Source: Promethearchaeota archaeon
Lineage (GTDB): Archaea > Asgardarchaeota > Lokiarchaeia > Sigyniarchaeales > SOKP01
Length of the DNA: 64,000 nt
Assembly: GCA_016840165.1 (NCBI GenBank)
Contig: JAEOSU010000080.1
Coordinates: forward strand, 32,001-96,000
Reading direction: 5' to 3'
Shown here piece after piece: positions 18,073 to 28,128 of this stretch. The notes beneath the pieces were generated by a model. The model was not told the origin of the DNA, did no database searches, and was given only the letters and a program-made list of their open reading frames with translations. Position numbers and translations under genes: made by a program. The number at the start of each line of letters is the position of its first letter. Positions within the stretch are counted from its first letter, which is position 1.

Positions 18073-19071
18073 TTACAACGAGCGAAATAATTCAACTAAC
18101 ATTTTACTCCCAACTAAACCCCCAGATTCAAGAGCATGAACTTTTTTTACATTTTCTTTGGTTAATGGCCAAAAATCTTCTAAAATCCGTATCTTATCAA
18201 TATTTTGCTCATTACCAATAGCTAAAAATTCACCTCCTAAGGTTTTTATAATAAAAGCTAATGGAGCCCATTCATAATAAATCCGAATTTTAGGTTTAGG
18301 TGATGGGAAGTAAGCATATACACCTCCATAATGAATAATGGCATGCAAATCCCCAACAAAACTTCCACTGTAGCGATCTTTTACTTGGTTTTCGATAAGA
18401 AGCTTTTCAAAAGAGCAACATTTCTCTGACCAGCTGTTAGAATCACCTCCTAGACATCTAATTCCTCCTCTTCGATTATTAGGCAATTTCTTTAACTCAT
18501 AGAAGATGTAATGATAAAATGTCATACTATAAGGAGAAGTGTCTAAAATGAATTCCGCTGCGATCCCATTAACTGCTAAAACCAGATTTGTGAAAATCCC
18601 ATATAAGACATAAAAACTACATATGATGTGTCCTTCCTCATTATATACTCCAATTATCGTCCCCACAGTTCTATTTACGGCAACATTAGAGGATCCATCA
18701 ACAGGATCTATAGTTATACCAAACTTACCATTTCCTATGACGGGATCGGCCTCCTCAGAGGCGATAAATAAGAAGCTAGCATCTCTCTCCTGAAGAGCTT
18801 TTAGAATTATACTGTGAGTTAAAATATCTTCATGAATCTGTAATTCATCATAAATGTTCTTACTTTCATTTATTGGAGTTTCAATGTTCAATCTCTCCTC
18901 AAGCTCCCTCGAAGTTATACCTCTTTCTAATAAACCTCTAATTGGAATTGTTGCTTCAGCAATAATATCAATGATTTCTATTAAAGCTTGCTTATTCGGA
19001 AAATAATGAGGTAAATTCTTTTCAAGCCAACGTGTTAATTTCATTTTTTCAATTTTAGTATTTTTTGGCAA
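18073..19071 (-). CDS. fbp: Fructose-1,6-bisphosphatase class I (divergent)
   Basis: ASEE, DPVDGSSN, RYSGSFVGDLH, GGVYAY and KIRIYYEWAPLAF motifs. Confidence 0.8.
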   Translation of the reverse strand: MPKNTKIEKMKLTRWLEKNLPHYFPNKQALIEIIDIIAEATIPIRGLLERGITSRELEERLNIETPINESKNIYDELQIHEDILTHSIILKALQERDASFLFIASEEADPVIGNGKFGITIDPVDGSSNVAVNRTVGTIIGVYNEEGHIICSFYVLYGIFTNLVLAVNGIAAEFILDTSPYSMTFYHYIFYELKKLPNNRRGGIRCLGGDSNSWSEKCCSFEKLLIENQVKDRYSGSFVGDLHAIIHYGGVYAYFPSPKPKIRIYYEWAPLAFIIKTLGGEFLAIGNEQNIDKIRILEDFWPLTKENVKKVHALESGGLVGSKMLVELFRSL

Positions 19072-19218
19072 GGATTACAAAACCTGTGGTCTTTTCATTA
19101 TTTTTAATTGTGAGCTTATTTATAATAATTAAGGCTTTATAATTTACAAATTTTTTGTCTATGAGATTATTTAGTAGAAGTATTAAAAAATCGAAATTAC
19201 ATAGAATTTTGGGCAATT

Positions 19219-19926
19219 TTATTCTAATTCAAATCCAAATTTAGTCAATTTTGATTGGTAAATTATGAGGTTTTTTTCAGGATGCGCAGAAATAACAAAA
19301 TTTCGATAATTAAGCTTTTTATGTCTATCGATTTTAATTGACAGATCTATCCAGTAATCCATCACCTTTCCTCCACTTTGAATCTCAATAGTTTGATTTT
19401 CTTGTTTTAATCTTCTCAGATAATTTACGATCAACACATCAACAGGATAATTAATGTTTAAATGGCTTAGTGTTGCTAAAATCTGATTTAATTGGTAATT
19501 TAAAGCCACATTTTTATTTTTATTATTTTTCCTTAATTCCATTTGATAAAGATTAGTTATAGAATCTATAATAACAAGAATATTTGCTTTTTCTCTCTCA
19601 TTTTTAAGGTTAATGATTATTTGTTCAAGTTCTAAAATAAAATCAAACAATTCAGAGAAATTTAAAATTCTGTAAATGACAAAATTATTTTTTACTATAT
19701 TATTATCAAATTTTTGAATTAAGGTTTTTAGTTTTTTTAAAGGTAAATTTTGCTTAGTGTAGATATAAATAACCGAATTTGCTAATGAACTATTTAATAA
19801 AGCTGTTTGAAGTGAAAAGGTAGTTTTACCAACTCCAATTTCCCCCCAAACAGACACCAAACCGATCTTTTGATCATATGATTGAATCTGATTATTAAGT
19901 TCCTTTAATGGAAAAATCATTATCAA
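19219..19926 (-). CDS. RadB-like RecA-family paralogue
   Basis: GEIGVGKTT, IIDSITNLY and GGKVMDYW motifs. Confidence 0.75.
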   Translation of the reverse strand: MIMIFPLKELNNQIQSYDQKIGLVSVWGEIGVGKTTFSLQTALLNSSLANSVIYIYTKQNLPLKKLKTLIQKFDNNIVKNNFVIYRILNFSELFDFILELEQIIINLKNEREKANILVIIDSITNLYQMELRKNNKNKNVALNYQLNQILATLSHLNINYPVDVLIVNYLRRLKQENQTIEIQSGGKVMDYWIDLSIKIDRHKKLNYRNFVISAHPEKNLIIYQSKLTKFGFELE

Positions 19927-19942
19927 AAATTTTAATTTTATT

Positions 19943-20818
19943 ATGAATTATAATATTAAATTGAGAAGCTCACCTTTATATATATTAACTGAGGATTTAT
20001 CTTTTTTTTATCGAATTAATAAAGAATTAAATAAGCTGAAAATTCCTTTCAAAATATTGAATCTAAACAAGATCAATTCAAGTTATCATAGCGTTATACT
20101 CACGACGACTAAAGAAGCATTATTAATGGAAGAAAAAGGGAGCAAAGCAAAGATTTTAGCCTATTCGGATGAGGAAGATTTTGAAAATTATATTATTAAA
20201 ATAATAGCTGCAGTAAAGATAGGATATAAGGACTATTATTCTGAAATTCTTTTTTCAGTAGATCCAGGAAAAAGAACGGGTCTAATGATCTTTTTAGATG
20301 GATATTATTTATATTCATATTGTTGTTTTAAAATGAATGAAGTGGTTGGCAAAATAACGAAATATATCCAATTTTTCCAGAGCGAGAATAAAAATGATTT
20401 CATAATTACCTTCAAACTAGGAAATGGTGTATTACGATTAACGCTCAATTTAATTAAGCAAATTTTTTCAATATATAATGGAAGGAAAAACGTGAGGATC
20501 TTTTTAATTGATGAATTTAAATCTTCTAAGATTAAAATAAACCAAAAGAATAAACTCCATCATGTTTCTAAAGATGAATTATCTGCTTTAATATTAGCTT
20601 TAAGAGATGGTATTGAAATCAATGAAAATGAATACTTTAGTCTTGTGAAACATTCTTATAAAAATAGGAAAATTGAAGTTGATAAGGGAGGAATGAAAAA
20701 TGTGGAAGGCGTATTTGATAAATCAGCCGTAGCAGAGATAGTTATAAAAGTAATTGATGGAGAACTAACTCTAAAAGATGCCTCTAAAGAGCTCAAGTTA
20801 CTGAATCGAAAAAAATAA
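19943..20818 (+). CDS. Protein with an RNase H-fold (YqgF/RuvC-like) domain
   Basis: FSVDPGKRTG, KLGNG, LIDEFKSS and DELSALILAL match the YqgF-like acidic motif pattern. Confidence 0.6.
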   Translation: MNYNIKLRSSPLYILTEDLSFFYRINKELNKLKIPFKILNLNKINSSYHSVILTTTKEALLMEEKGSKAKILAYSDEEDFENYIIKIIAAVKIGYKDYYSEILFSVDPGKRTGLMIFLDGYYLYSYCCFKMNEVVGKITKYIQFFQSENKNDFIITFKLGNGVLRLTLNLIKQIFSIYNGRKNVRIFLIDEFKSSKIKINQKNKLHHVSKDELSALILALRDGIEINENEYFSLVKHSYKNRKIEVDKGGMKNVEGVFDKSAVAEIVIKVIDGELTLKDASKELKLLNRKK

Positions 20819-20877
20819 TAAAGTTTAATTTTTTCTGATAATTTCTGTTCTTATTAAATAAGGGGATAAAAGGTTCT

Positions 20878-21948
20878 ATGAGAAGGATTCAAGCTATTGA
20901 TATTTTTCGAGGACTATGTATCTTTTATATGACCTTTGGTCATATGATGTATTGGTATTCGGCAAAATCTAGTTTCTGGTTATATGAGATAGTTTGGAAT
21001 TTAGGAGCTCCAATAGGAGGGGGAGGATTTTTACTTGTATCAGGAATGAGTGCGATGATTTCTTATAAGGTCAACTTAGAAAAAGCTAAACTATCTGGTG
21101 ATTTCAGCATGAAAAATAGCAGAAATCAATATATAATTCGAGCTTTAATTATTTTGGTAATATCCTTCATCTGGAACTTTTTTGGAACGTTATTTATGGG
21201 TGTACCGGGAATTTGGATATGGTTTGTTATCCAAACAATATCCATCTCACTTTTATTGGCTTGGCCTCTACTAAAGACATCCCGTTTATTTAGGTTATTT
21301 ATTTGTTTTGCTTTTTGGATCGGAAATGAATTTATTATTGTATTGCTAAAGCCTTTTGAAGGCCAATTTAATTTCTTTGGAATCTTACATTTTATACTTT
21401 ATAATGTCCCAGAACAGAATGTTATCTTGGCTTACTTTCCTTTTTTACTCGCGGGAACAGTAATCGGAGATATCCTACATGAAGCATTTAATTCTGAAAA
21501 TATTGACACTAAAGCATATTTAAAGAGACATCTAACGATACCTAGCTTGATTGGGGGTTTAGTACTCATCATTTTCGGAGTTTTATTTCAATTTCCTAAT
21601 TTTCTAGATAAGAGAGCATTCTCTTCACATATGTTTATTTTTGGAATAGAATTGTTACTAATCATCTTATTAGTATATATTAAAGATTTAGGCGATCTTA
21701 AATTAAAACGGAGTTATTCGGTTCTTAAATACTATTCATATTATTCTTTTACTATATTTCTTGCTCATAATATCCTCTATTTCCTCTTTCCTCCTATATT
21801 GAATGCCTTGGAGATCATACTCTTAATTATACCGATTATAACTTTATGGACTTATTTATTTCGGATAATTTATAGAAAATTAGGAAAATATGCATCTCTA
21901 AAATTTTTTATTAGTAAATCCGCTGAATATTTAGCAAATAAAATCTAA
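20878..21948 (+). CDS. DUF1624/HGSNAT-like membrane acyltransferase-family protein
   Basis: RIQAIDIFRG..M..GH, FLLVSGMS and YSFTIFLAH; about 10 TMs. Confidence 0.8.
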   Translation: MRRIQAIDIFRGLCIFYMTFGHMMYWYSAKSSFWLYEIVWNLGAPIGGGGFLLVSGMSAMISYKVNLEKAKLSGDFSMKNSRNQYIIRALIILVISFIWNFFGTLFMGVPGIWIWFVIQTISISLLLAWPLLKTSRLFRLFICFAFWIGNEFIIVLLKPFEGQFNFFGILHFILYNVPEQNVILAYFPFLLAGTVIGDILHEAFNSENIDTKAYLKRHLTIPSLIGGLVLIIFGVLFQFPNFLDKRAFSSHMFIFGIELLLIILLVYIKDLGDLKLKRSYSVLKYYSYYSFTIFLAHNILYFLFPPILNALEIILLIIPIITLWTYLFRIIYRKLGKYASLKFFISKSAEYLANKI

Positions 21949-21965
21949 TTATTTAGTATAAAGAT

Positions 21966-23060
21966 TTGTGTTTAGAAATGAAACGTTTAAATAGCATCGA
22001 TATATTCAGAGGGCTTTCTATATTATGGATGTTTTTAGGCCATCTATTACATTGGTGGTTAATTGAACAGGAAGTTTGGCTATACGATATCGTTTTTATT
22101 ATTTTTGATCCTATCGGTTCTTCTGCATTTATTTTTATCGCAGGATTATCAACAGCCATTTCATTGAGATCACGATACTTAAAAGCAGAAAAATCTGAAA
22201 ATTATAATGATAACGTAATTAAACGGGAATATCTCTTTAGAGCATTATTAATCTTCATCGTTGCTTTAATATATAATGCAAGTATAGCATTAAGTTTATT
22301 AAATCCTGGGTATATTTGGACTTGGTTTGTGTTATTAACAATTTCAATTTCACAATTTATGGCATGGCCATTATTTAAATTAAAAATTTTCTATAGAATT
22401 ATCATTGGAATAGCTATTTGGATTCTAAACCAATTTTTACTAGTTTCATTATTACCATATCAAGGAAAAGCGAATATATTTGGGTTTTTATTTCATATCT
22501 TTTATCATTCTTTAGATCTTGATGTGATCCTTTCATTTTTTCCCTTTTTTTTATTTGGGGGTGTCCTAGGGGAACTTATCTTCAAAATTTATCAAAAAAA
22601 GGATACTGATCTAATAAAGAAATCATTAAAAAAGAAAGTAATCTATCCGGGTTTAATATTTGGTATTGTTTTAATCATTTTAGGAATATTGATAAGATTT
22701 CCACAATTCCTCGTTAACAGAAGTTTCTCATGGATGATATATACTCTTGGAATAGATATTTGTTTACTAATTATTTTTTTAATATTTGAGGAGTATATTT
22801 ATTTCAAAAAAAGAACGAAAAATGGCTTTCTTTATTACTTTTCATATTACTCTCTCACAGTGTACCTAGCACATAATATATTATATTTTCTTTTCTATCA
22901 GCAATTAACAATAGCAACTATCTGGTTTTTCATTATAGGAGTATATATAGGAGTCGGATATTTGTTAAAAGTGCTATATAATAAATTTGGATCTAAAATT
23001 TCTTTAAAATATCAATTAGGTCGAATGGCCAGCACCCTTGCTAAAGGAAAGGTCGCATAA
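21966..23060 (+). CDS. DUF1624/HGSNAT-like membrane protein, tandem paralogue
   Basis: RLNSIDIFRG..M..GH, FIFIAGLS and YSLTVYLAH. Confidence 0.8.
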   Translation: MCLEMKRLNSIDIFRGLSILWMFLGHLLHWWLIEQEVWLYDIVFIIFDPIGSSAFIFIAGLSTAISLRSRYLKAEKSENYNDNVIKREYLFRALLIFIVALIYNASIALSLLNPGYIWTWFVLLTISISQFMAWPLFKLKIFYRIIIGIAIWILNQFLLVSLLPYQGKANIFGFLFHIFYHSLDLDVILSFFPFFLFGGVLGELIFKIYQKKDTDLIKKSLKKKVIYPGLIFGIVLIILGILIRFPQFLVNRSFSWMIYTLGIDICLLIIFLIFEEYIYFKKRTKNGFLYYFSYYSLTVYLAHNILYFLFYQQLTIATIWFFIIGVYIGVGYLLKVLYNKFGSKISLKYQLGRMASTLAKGKVA

Positions 23061-23076
23061 AAACTTGATATGATTT

Positions 23077-23580
23077 TTATAAAAATATTCTTTTACATTG
23101 GATTTTAATCTTGTATTTGATATTTCTTTGAAAATTCACAGAGTTATTAAAAATATAATTTATGGTGTTTATATAAACTCCGTTATTTCCCACAGCAATG
23201 CCTCGATCCATATCAAATATGAAATAAAGAGTAATTATTACATTTTTAGAAAATTTTTCTCGTTCTAAATGAATATCATGAATGTAGGTATCTGGGAAGA
23301 ATGAAAAGATTAATCTAAGTAAAGTTGGTACTTCACGAATGACAAGTACTTTAAAATTTTTCAATCGTTGTCGCAATCGGTTTAAATTTTCCCTGGCATT
23401 AAAAAAATCTTCATTCTTCACTAGGAAAAGAAGATAATTGTTTTTTATTATGATGCTAACGGGTTCAATTCGAGTAATTTTAAAAAAATAAGAGAGGTAA
23501 TATAATTCTTTATTGTAAAATTTCCTTTTTAGAGTTACAATTTGAGAAAAAAAAATCTTACTATTAAGAATACTCATCAT
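23077..23580 (-). CDS. Divergent archaeal NusA-like KH protein
   Basis: FFPDTYI and DRGIAVGNNGVYI resemble the second KH domain of archaeal NusA. Confidence 0.55.
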   Translation of the reverse strand: MMSILNSKIFFSQIVTLKRKFYNKELYYLSYFFKITRIEPVSIIIKNNYLLFLVKNEDFFNARENLNRLRQRLKNFKVLVIREVPTLLRLIFSFFPDTYIHDIHLEREKFSKNVIITLYFIFDMDRGIAVGNNGVYINTINYIFNNSVNFQRNIKYKIKIQCKRIFL

Positions 23581-23702
23581 TACACTTCTAATTTTTATTT
23601 TTAAATTTAAAATTCGAGAAAAAATATTGAAATTAGCAAAAAAAAGTATTTATTATACAAAGATTTGCACATAAATAGAAATCATCTCTATAATTTAAAG
23701 CA

Positions 23703-24476
23703 ATGAAAGAGCGTTTGGATATCTTATTAGTTGAACGACGTTTAGTAGAAAGCAGAATGAAGGCAAAATGGTTAATAAAAAATGGTTATGTTTTAGTTAA
23801 TAAACGAATAATTAGAAAACCGAGCAAGAAAGTAGAAAATTCTCTTAAGATTTCTCTCAAAGCTCCATTTCCATATGTTGGAAGGGGGGGTTTAAAATTA
23901 GACGTAGCCTTAAGTGAGTTTTCAATTATAGTAAGAGAAAAAGCATGTGCCGATATAGGAGCGTCAATAGGTGGGTTTACAGATTGTCTTCTCAAGCATG
24001 GAGCCACAAAAGTCTATGCAATCGATACTGCCACAGATCTTTTACATCCATCGCTAATTTGTAATAAAAAACAGGTGGTTGCTCTTTTAGGAGTGGATGC
24101 TCGAAAAATAACTACGCTTGGAGAATTGGTAGACATTATGACTGTGGATGTTACGTTTTCTTCATTAAAAGATCTATTACCAAATGTTATAAAATATGTC
24201 AAATTAGGAGGCGATATAATAGTTCTAGTAAAACCGATTTTTGAAACAAATTTCTATAATAAAAAAAAATTCAGAATTATTAAAGATAATAAAATTCTTT
24301 TTGAAATTTTAAAAGATCTCCTTAGTTGGAGCACGAAAAATAACCTAATTCCTAAAGCCATCATGAAATCTCCTATTTTAGGAAAGGGGGGATCAATTGA
24401 ATTTTTTGTGTATTTTAAAGTTGGTAAAGAGAACAATAATAGAAATTACGAAGATATAATTAGAAAATTATTATGA
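23703..24476 (+). CDS. tlyA: TlyA-family rRNA 2'-O-methyltransferase (S4 + FtsJ domains)
   Basis: ERLDILLVERRLVESR, YVGRGGLKL, DIGASIGGFTD, DVTFSSL and LVKPIFE motifs. Confidence 0.9.
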   Translation: MKERLDILLVERRLVESRMKAKWLIKNGYVLVNKRIIRKPSKKVENSLKISLKAPFPYVGRGGLKLDVALSEFSIIVREKACADIGASIGGFTDCLLKHGATKVYAIDTATDLLHPSLICNKKQVVALLGVDARKITTLGELVDIMTVDVTFSSLKDLLPNVIKYVKLGGDIIVLVKPIFETNFYNKKKFRIIKDNKILFEILKDLLSWSTKNNLIPKAIMKSPILGKGGSIEFFVYFKVGKENNNRNYEDIIRKLL

Positions 24477-24498
24477 TTCTTCTTCTAGAAAACTCAGT

Positions 24499-25677
24499 TT
24501 AATTTATTGGATATGATTGAAAAAGTTTACCCCACTCGGTTTTATTAAACTCCTTTATTCTTTTTTTACCGATAGTAGGATACCATATCATATCATGATA
24601 AATTTTCGAAGCTAAGGTGGGACCTAAAAAGAAGAGTTCATTTTTGAATAATGGATAAATGAATTGTAATGGCCCTTTCCTTACCATCTGATCACCCCAA
24701 ATCACCAAACTTCGTTTTACTTTAAAATGCCAATTAATATTCGATATATCTTCTCCAACAATTTCAATTTGATCTATATCACCGCATCCTAATCCTTCAT
24801 CGTGCGCTAACTTAATAGCAGGCAGCTTGAGAGGGTCAAATCCCATCATTTTAGCCACAACTGCATCCACTGCTACTTGATCATATCCTGCGAGAAGATA
24901 ATTTTTAATACGCGGAATCATAACCCTTGGTCCTGCACCATCGCCACAGACCGTACCATCTACAACGGCTAAGATTTTTGGATGAATCTGTTTCTGAATA
25001 ATCAATAAATCTACTAAAACTTCAGACATAAATTGGTGTGAGAAATGTCTTCTTTTAGTTAATAAGCCACCAAATGCGTTTTTCATAGCACAAGTAATTC
25101 CCCCATTTTTCATCTCTCCTTGAGTTTTTTGAAGACTTCCCCCTTCTGCTCCTGTATGGCCATGAGTTTTCATAGTAGGAAGGTGAATGATTGGTTTTCC
25201 AACATAAAATTTCGGTATTTTAAATCCTTCTGGAAAAATTTTAGAATCTAAGGCAAACAATTGCTTATTTTTAAACCGCAGGAATTTGGGTCGTAAAGAT
25301 TTATAGGATACAAACGGGATACGTGTAAGTGGAACAAACCATACTCCATACTTTTTAATAATTGGATTCCATTTATTTCCTTTTAGTCCTCTTTCAATAT
25401 TTGTCACCACAGTTCTATTTTCCGCTGTGAATAAGTTCTTTGAGTTATAACCGTCCTCAACCATTGTTTTTAAAATACCTTCTAACTGCCAAGGAGGTGT
25501 AGAGCATGCAGGAAAGAATTTAGACCAACTTAAATTTAATTTAATTAAAATTTGTTGATCTTTATTAAAATACTCTTGATATTTAATCAGATGCATTAAT
25601 CTTTTGTAATCTTCCAAGATATTCTTAGAACTAGTTTTTGTTATGAATATTTTAGCATCAGTGTCAGACATAATCAC
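24499..25677 (-). CDS. DUF362 Fe-S domain protein
   Basis: IKLNL, PTMKTH, CAMKNAFGG, DGTVCGDGAGP and DQVAVDAV motifs. Confidence 0.85.
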   Translation of the reverse strand: MIMSDTDAKIFITKTSSKNILEDYKRLMHLIKYQEYFNKDQQILIKLNLSWSKFFPACSTPPWQLEGILKTMVEDGYNSKNLFTAENRTVVTNIERGLKGNKWNPIIKKYGVWFVPLTRIPFVSYKSLRPKFLRFKNKQLFALDSKIFPEGFKIPKFYVGKPIIHLPTMKTHGHTGAEGGSLQKTQGEMKNGGITCAMKNAFGGLLTKRRHFSHQFMSEVLVDLLIIQKQIHPKILAVVDGTVCGDGAGPRVMIPRIKNYLLAGYDQVAVDAVVAKMMGFDPLKLPAIKLAHDEGLGCGDIDQIEIVGEDISNINWHFKVKRSLVIWGDQMVRKGPLQFIYPLFKNELFFLGPTLASKIYHDMIWYPTIGKKRIKEFNKTEWGKLFQSYPIN

Positions 25678-25765
25678 TAAAAAGAAAAATGATTTAATAT
25701 TTTTACTCTAAATTCTTCTTAGAGATAATAGTAAAAATGAAAAATTAAGATAGGAAAATTAAAAT

Positions 25766-26818
25766 TTAATCGGAAATATATTCCATTCCTTCATAAGATT
25801 TTTTAGTTTCAGTATTAAGGGGACGACAATAAAAATAGTGATCTCCACCTAAATCTACTCGAACAGGATCCTCAATACCGCATCTATCATGCTCATCCTT
25901 TTCGAAACATCTTGGATGGAATGCACAACCAGATGGAGGGTTGATTGGACTTGGAACATCTCCATCTAAAATAATACGGTCTGTTTTTGATGATGGATCA
26001 AAAGTTGGTCGCGCTGACAATAAGGCTTTTGTGTATGGATGTACAGGGTTGTAAAAAACTTCATCAACTGTTCCGCCCTCAACGAATTTTCCTAGATACA
26101 TAACTTGGATTTTATCTCCAATGTGTTGAATGACACTAAGATCATGGGTGATAAATAGATAAGAAAGGTCAAATTCTTTTTGAAGTGATTTTAAGAGATT
26201 TAGAATTTGAGCTTGTACGGATACATCGAGGGCAGAAGTTGGCTCATCTAAGATCATAATTTCCGGATCACATGCTAGAGCTCTTGCAATTACGATTCTT
26301 TGCTTTTGACCTCCTGAAAATTCATGAGGGTATCTATCTAAATGTTCATTCTTCATTGAAACTGTTTCAAGAAGTTCTAAAACGCGTCCTCTTATTTCAC
26401 GTCTTTTTTTCATCCCCATTAGAAGCCTTAATGGTTCACCAATGATATTCACAATTTTCCATCTTGGATTAAGTGAGGAATCTGGATCTTGAAATACCAT
26501 CTGAATTTTTTTTCTATACTCTTTATTGAAATTATCATCTATTCGAGTGTTTTTATACCATATTTCTCCTTCTGTTGGTTGAACGAGATTTAGAATTGTA
26601 TTTCCAATGGTTGTTTTACCACATCCACTCTCTCCAACTAATCCTAAGGTCTCACGTTTATACATATCAAAACTAACGCCATCAACAGCTTGAACCACTC
26701 CAACTTTACGTTTTAATAACCCACCATAAATTGGATAATAGGTCTTCAAATTTTTAACAGATAGAATTATATCCTCTGATTGCTTTGATTCAGTTACTTT
26801 TTCTTGACTAACTGTCAT
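25766..26818 (-). CDS. oppF: Oligo/dipeptide ABC transporter ATPase (OppF/DppF)
   Basis: GESGCGKTT, FSGGQKQR, DEPTSALD, HPYT and C-terminal GCAFHPRC. Confidence 0.95.
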   Translation of the reverse strand: MTVSQEKVTESKQSEDIILSVKNLKTYYPIYGGLLKRKVGVVQAVDGVSFDMYKRETLGLVGESGCGKTTIGNTILNLVQPTEGEIWYKNTRIDDNFNKEYRKKIQMVFQDPDSSLNPRWKIVNIIGEPLRLLMGMKKRREIRGRVLELLETVSMKNEHLDRYPHEFSGGQKQRIVIARALACDPEIMILDEPTSALDVSVQAQILNLLKSLQKEFDLSYLFITHDLSVIQHIGDKIQVMYLGKFVEGGTVDEVFYNPVHPYTKALLSARPTFDPSSKTDRIILDGDVPSPINPPSGCAFHPRCFEKDEHDRCGIEDPVRVDLGGDHYFYCRPLNTETKKSYEGMEYISD

Positions 26819-26845
26819 TTTCTCAACTTATTTTTTTTATTGAAA

Positions 26846-28096
26846 TTATACACGTTTTGATAATTTAAATTCATCAGTTTCCCAGTCATATTTGGGAGAA
26901 TCTTTATATTTTGGATCAAATAAATGACACGCCACAAAATATCTATCTTCGATTTCGAGAAATCTTGGTCTAATCTTATCGCAAACTTCTAATCGCGCGT
27001 CACATCTAGGATGGAACCTACATCCTGAAGGGGGATAAATCAAATTTGGAACCATCCCACGAATCGTTAACAGTTTTTGATCTCTCTTCTCGATGCTAGG
27101 AATTGCCCCGATTAATCCTTTAGTATAAGGATGCCTAGGTTTCTTAAATAATTCATTCGCTGTCGCATATTCTACAATATTGCCACTATACATTACGGCA
27201 ACTCTATCACAAAGCTCAGCAATAATACCTAAATCATGAGTAATTAATAGGATTGAAGTTCTATACTTATCTTTTAATGTTTTCATTAGTTCCATAATCT
27301 GAGCTTGAATGGTTACATCAAGAGCGGTAGTGGGTTCATCTGCTATTAGCAGGCCAGGATTACAAGACAATGCCATCGCAATCATTACTCTCTGTCTCAT
27401 GCCTCCGCTTAATTCATGCGGATATCTTTTTAAAATTCCCCTTGCATCTGCAATTCCAACTTCTGTAATAATATTTGCTGACCAATCTAAGATAACATCC
27501 TTAATTACAGGAGTGTGTACATTTTGTTCTTTTATTTTTTTAATTTCGCTTTTAAGTTCGGCTATTTCATCTTCATCCGTTAAAGTTTTTAACCGCTGCT
27601 TTAAATCTTTAACTTCTGCGAGATTTTCTTTTCGTTTTAATATTCTTTCATCCAATTCTTTTTTCAAATCATCTTTTTGATGTAAAATAAAGACTTCGGA
27701 AACTTGGTCTCCCACTGAAAAGACGGGATTTAAGGAATTTAAGGGATCTTGAAAGATCATGGTAATTTCTTTACCCCTAAACTCTCTCATTTCTGTTTCT
27801 GTTAAATCAAGTAGGCTTTCTCCTTTGTAAATAATCTCACCATCAACTATTTTCCCGGGTTCTCTCACTAATCGTAAAATAGAGAGCGCAGTTACTGATT
27901 TTCCACAACCAGTTTCACCGACTAATCCTAAAACTTCGTCTTTAAAAATGTTAAAAGTAACTCCATCAACGGCTTTCACAATTCCTTCTTCAGTATAGAA
28001 GTAAGTCTTAAGTTTCGTTACTTTTAATAACTTATCAGAGTCATCACTTTTAGCTTGTGAGTCATCTACAACATCATTTTTGATTGTTGAATTCAA
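26846..28096 (-). CDS. oppD: Oligo/dipeptide ABC transporter ATPase (OppD/DppD) with a coiled-coil insertion
   Basis: GETGCGKS, LSGGMRQR, DEPTTALD and GCRFHPRC motifs. Confidence 0.95.
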   Translation of the reverse strand: MNSTIKNDVVDDSQAKSDDSDKLLKVTKLKTYFYTEEGIVKAVDGVTFNIFKDEVLGLVGETGCGKSVTALSILRLVREPGKIVDGEIIYKGESLLDLTETEMREFRGKEITMIFQDPLNSLNPVFSVGDQVSEVFILHQKDDLKKELDERILKRKENLAEVKDLKQRLKTLTDEDEIAELKSEIKKIKEQNVHTPVIKDVILDWSANIITEVGIADARGILKRYPHELSGGMRQRVMIAMALSCNPGLLIADEPTTALDVTIQAQIMELMKTLKDKYRTSILLITHDLGIIAELCDRVAVMYSGNIVEYATANELFKKPRHPYTKGLIGAIPSIEKRDQKLLTIRGMVPNLIYPPSGCRFHPRCDARLEVCDKIRPRFLEIEDRYFVACHLFDPKYKDSPKYDWETDEFKLSKRV

Positions 28097-28128
28097 TTAT
28101 ATCCCCTTTTTTAAACCAAATATTTATT

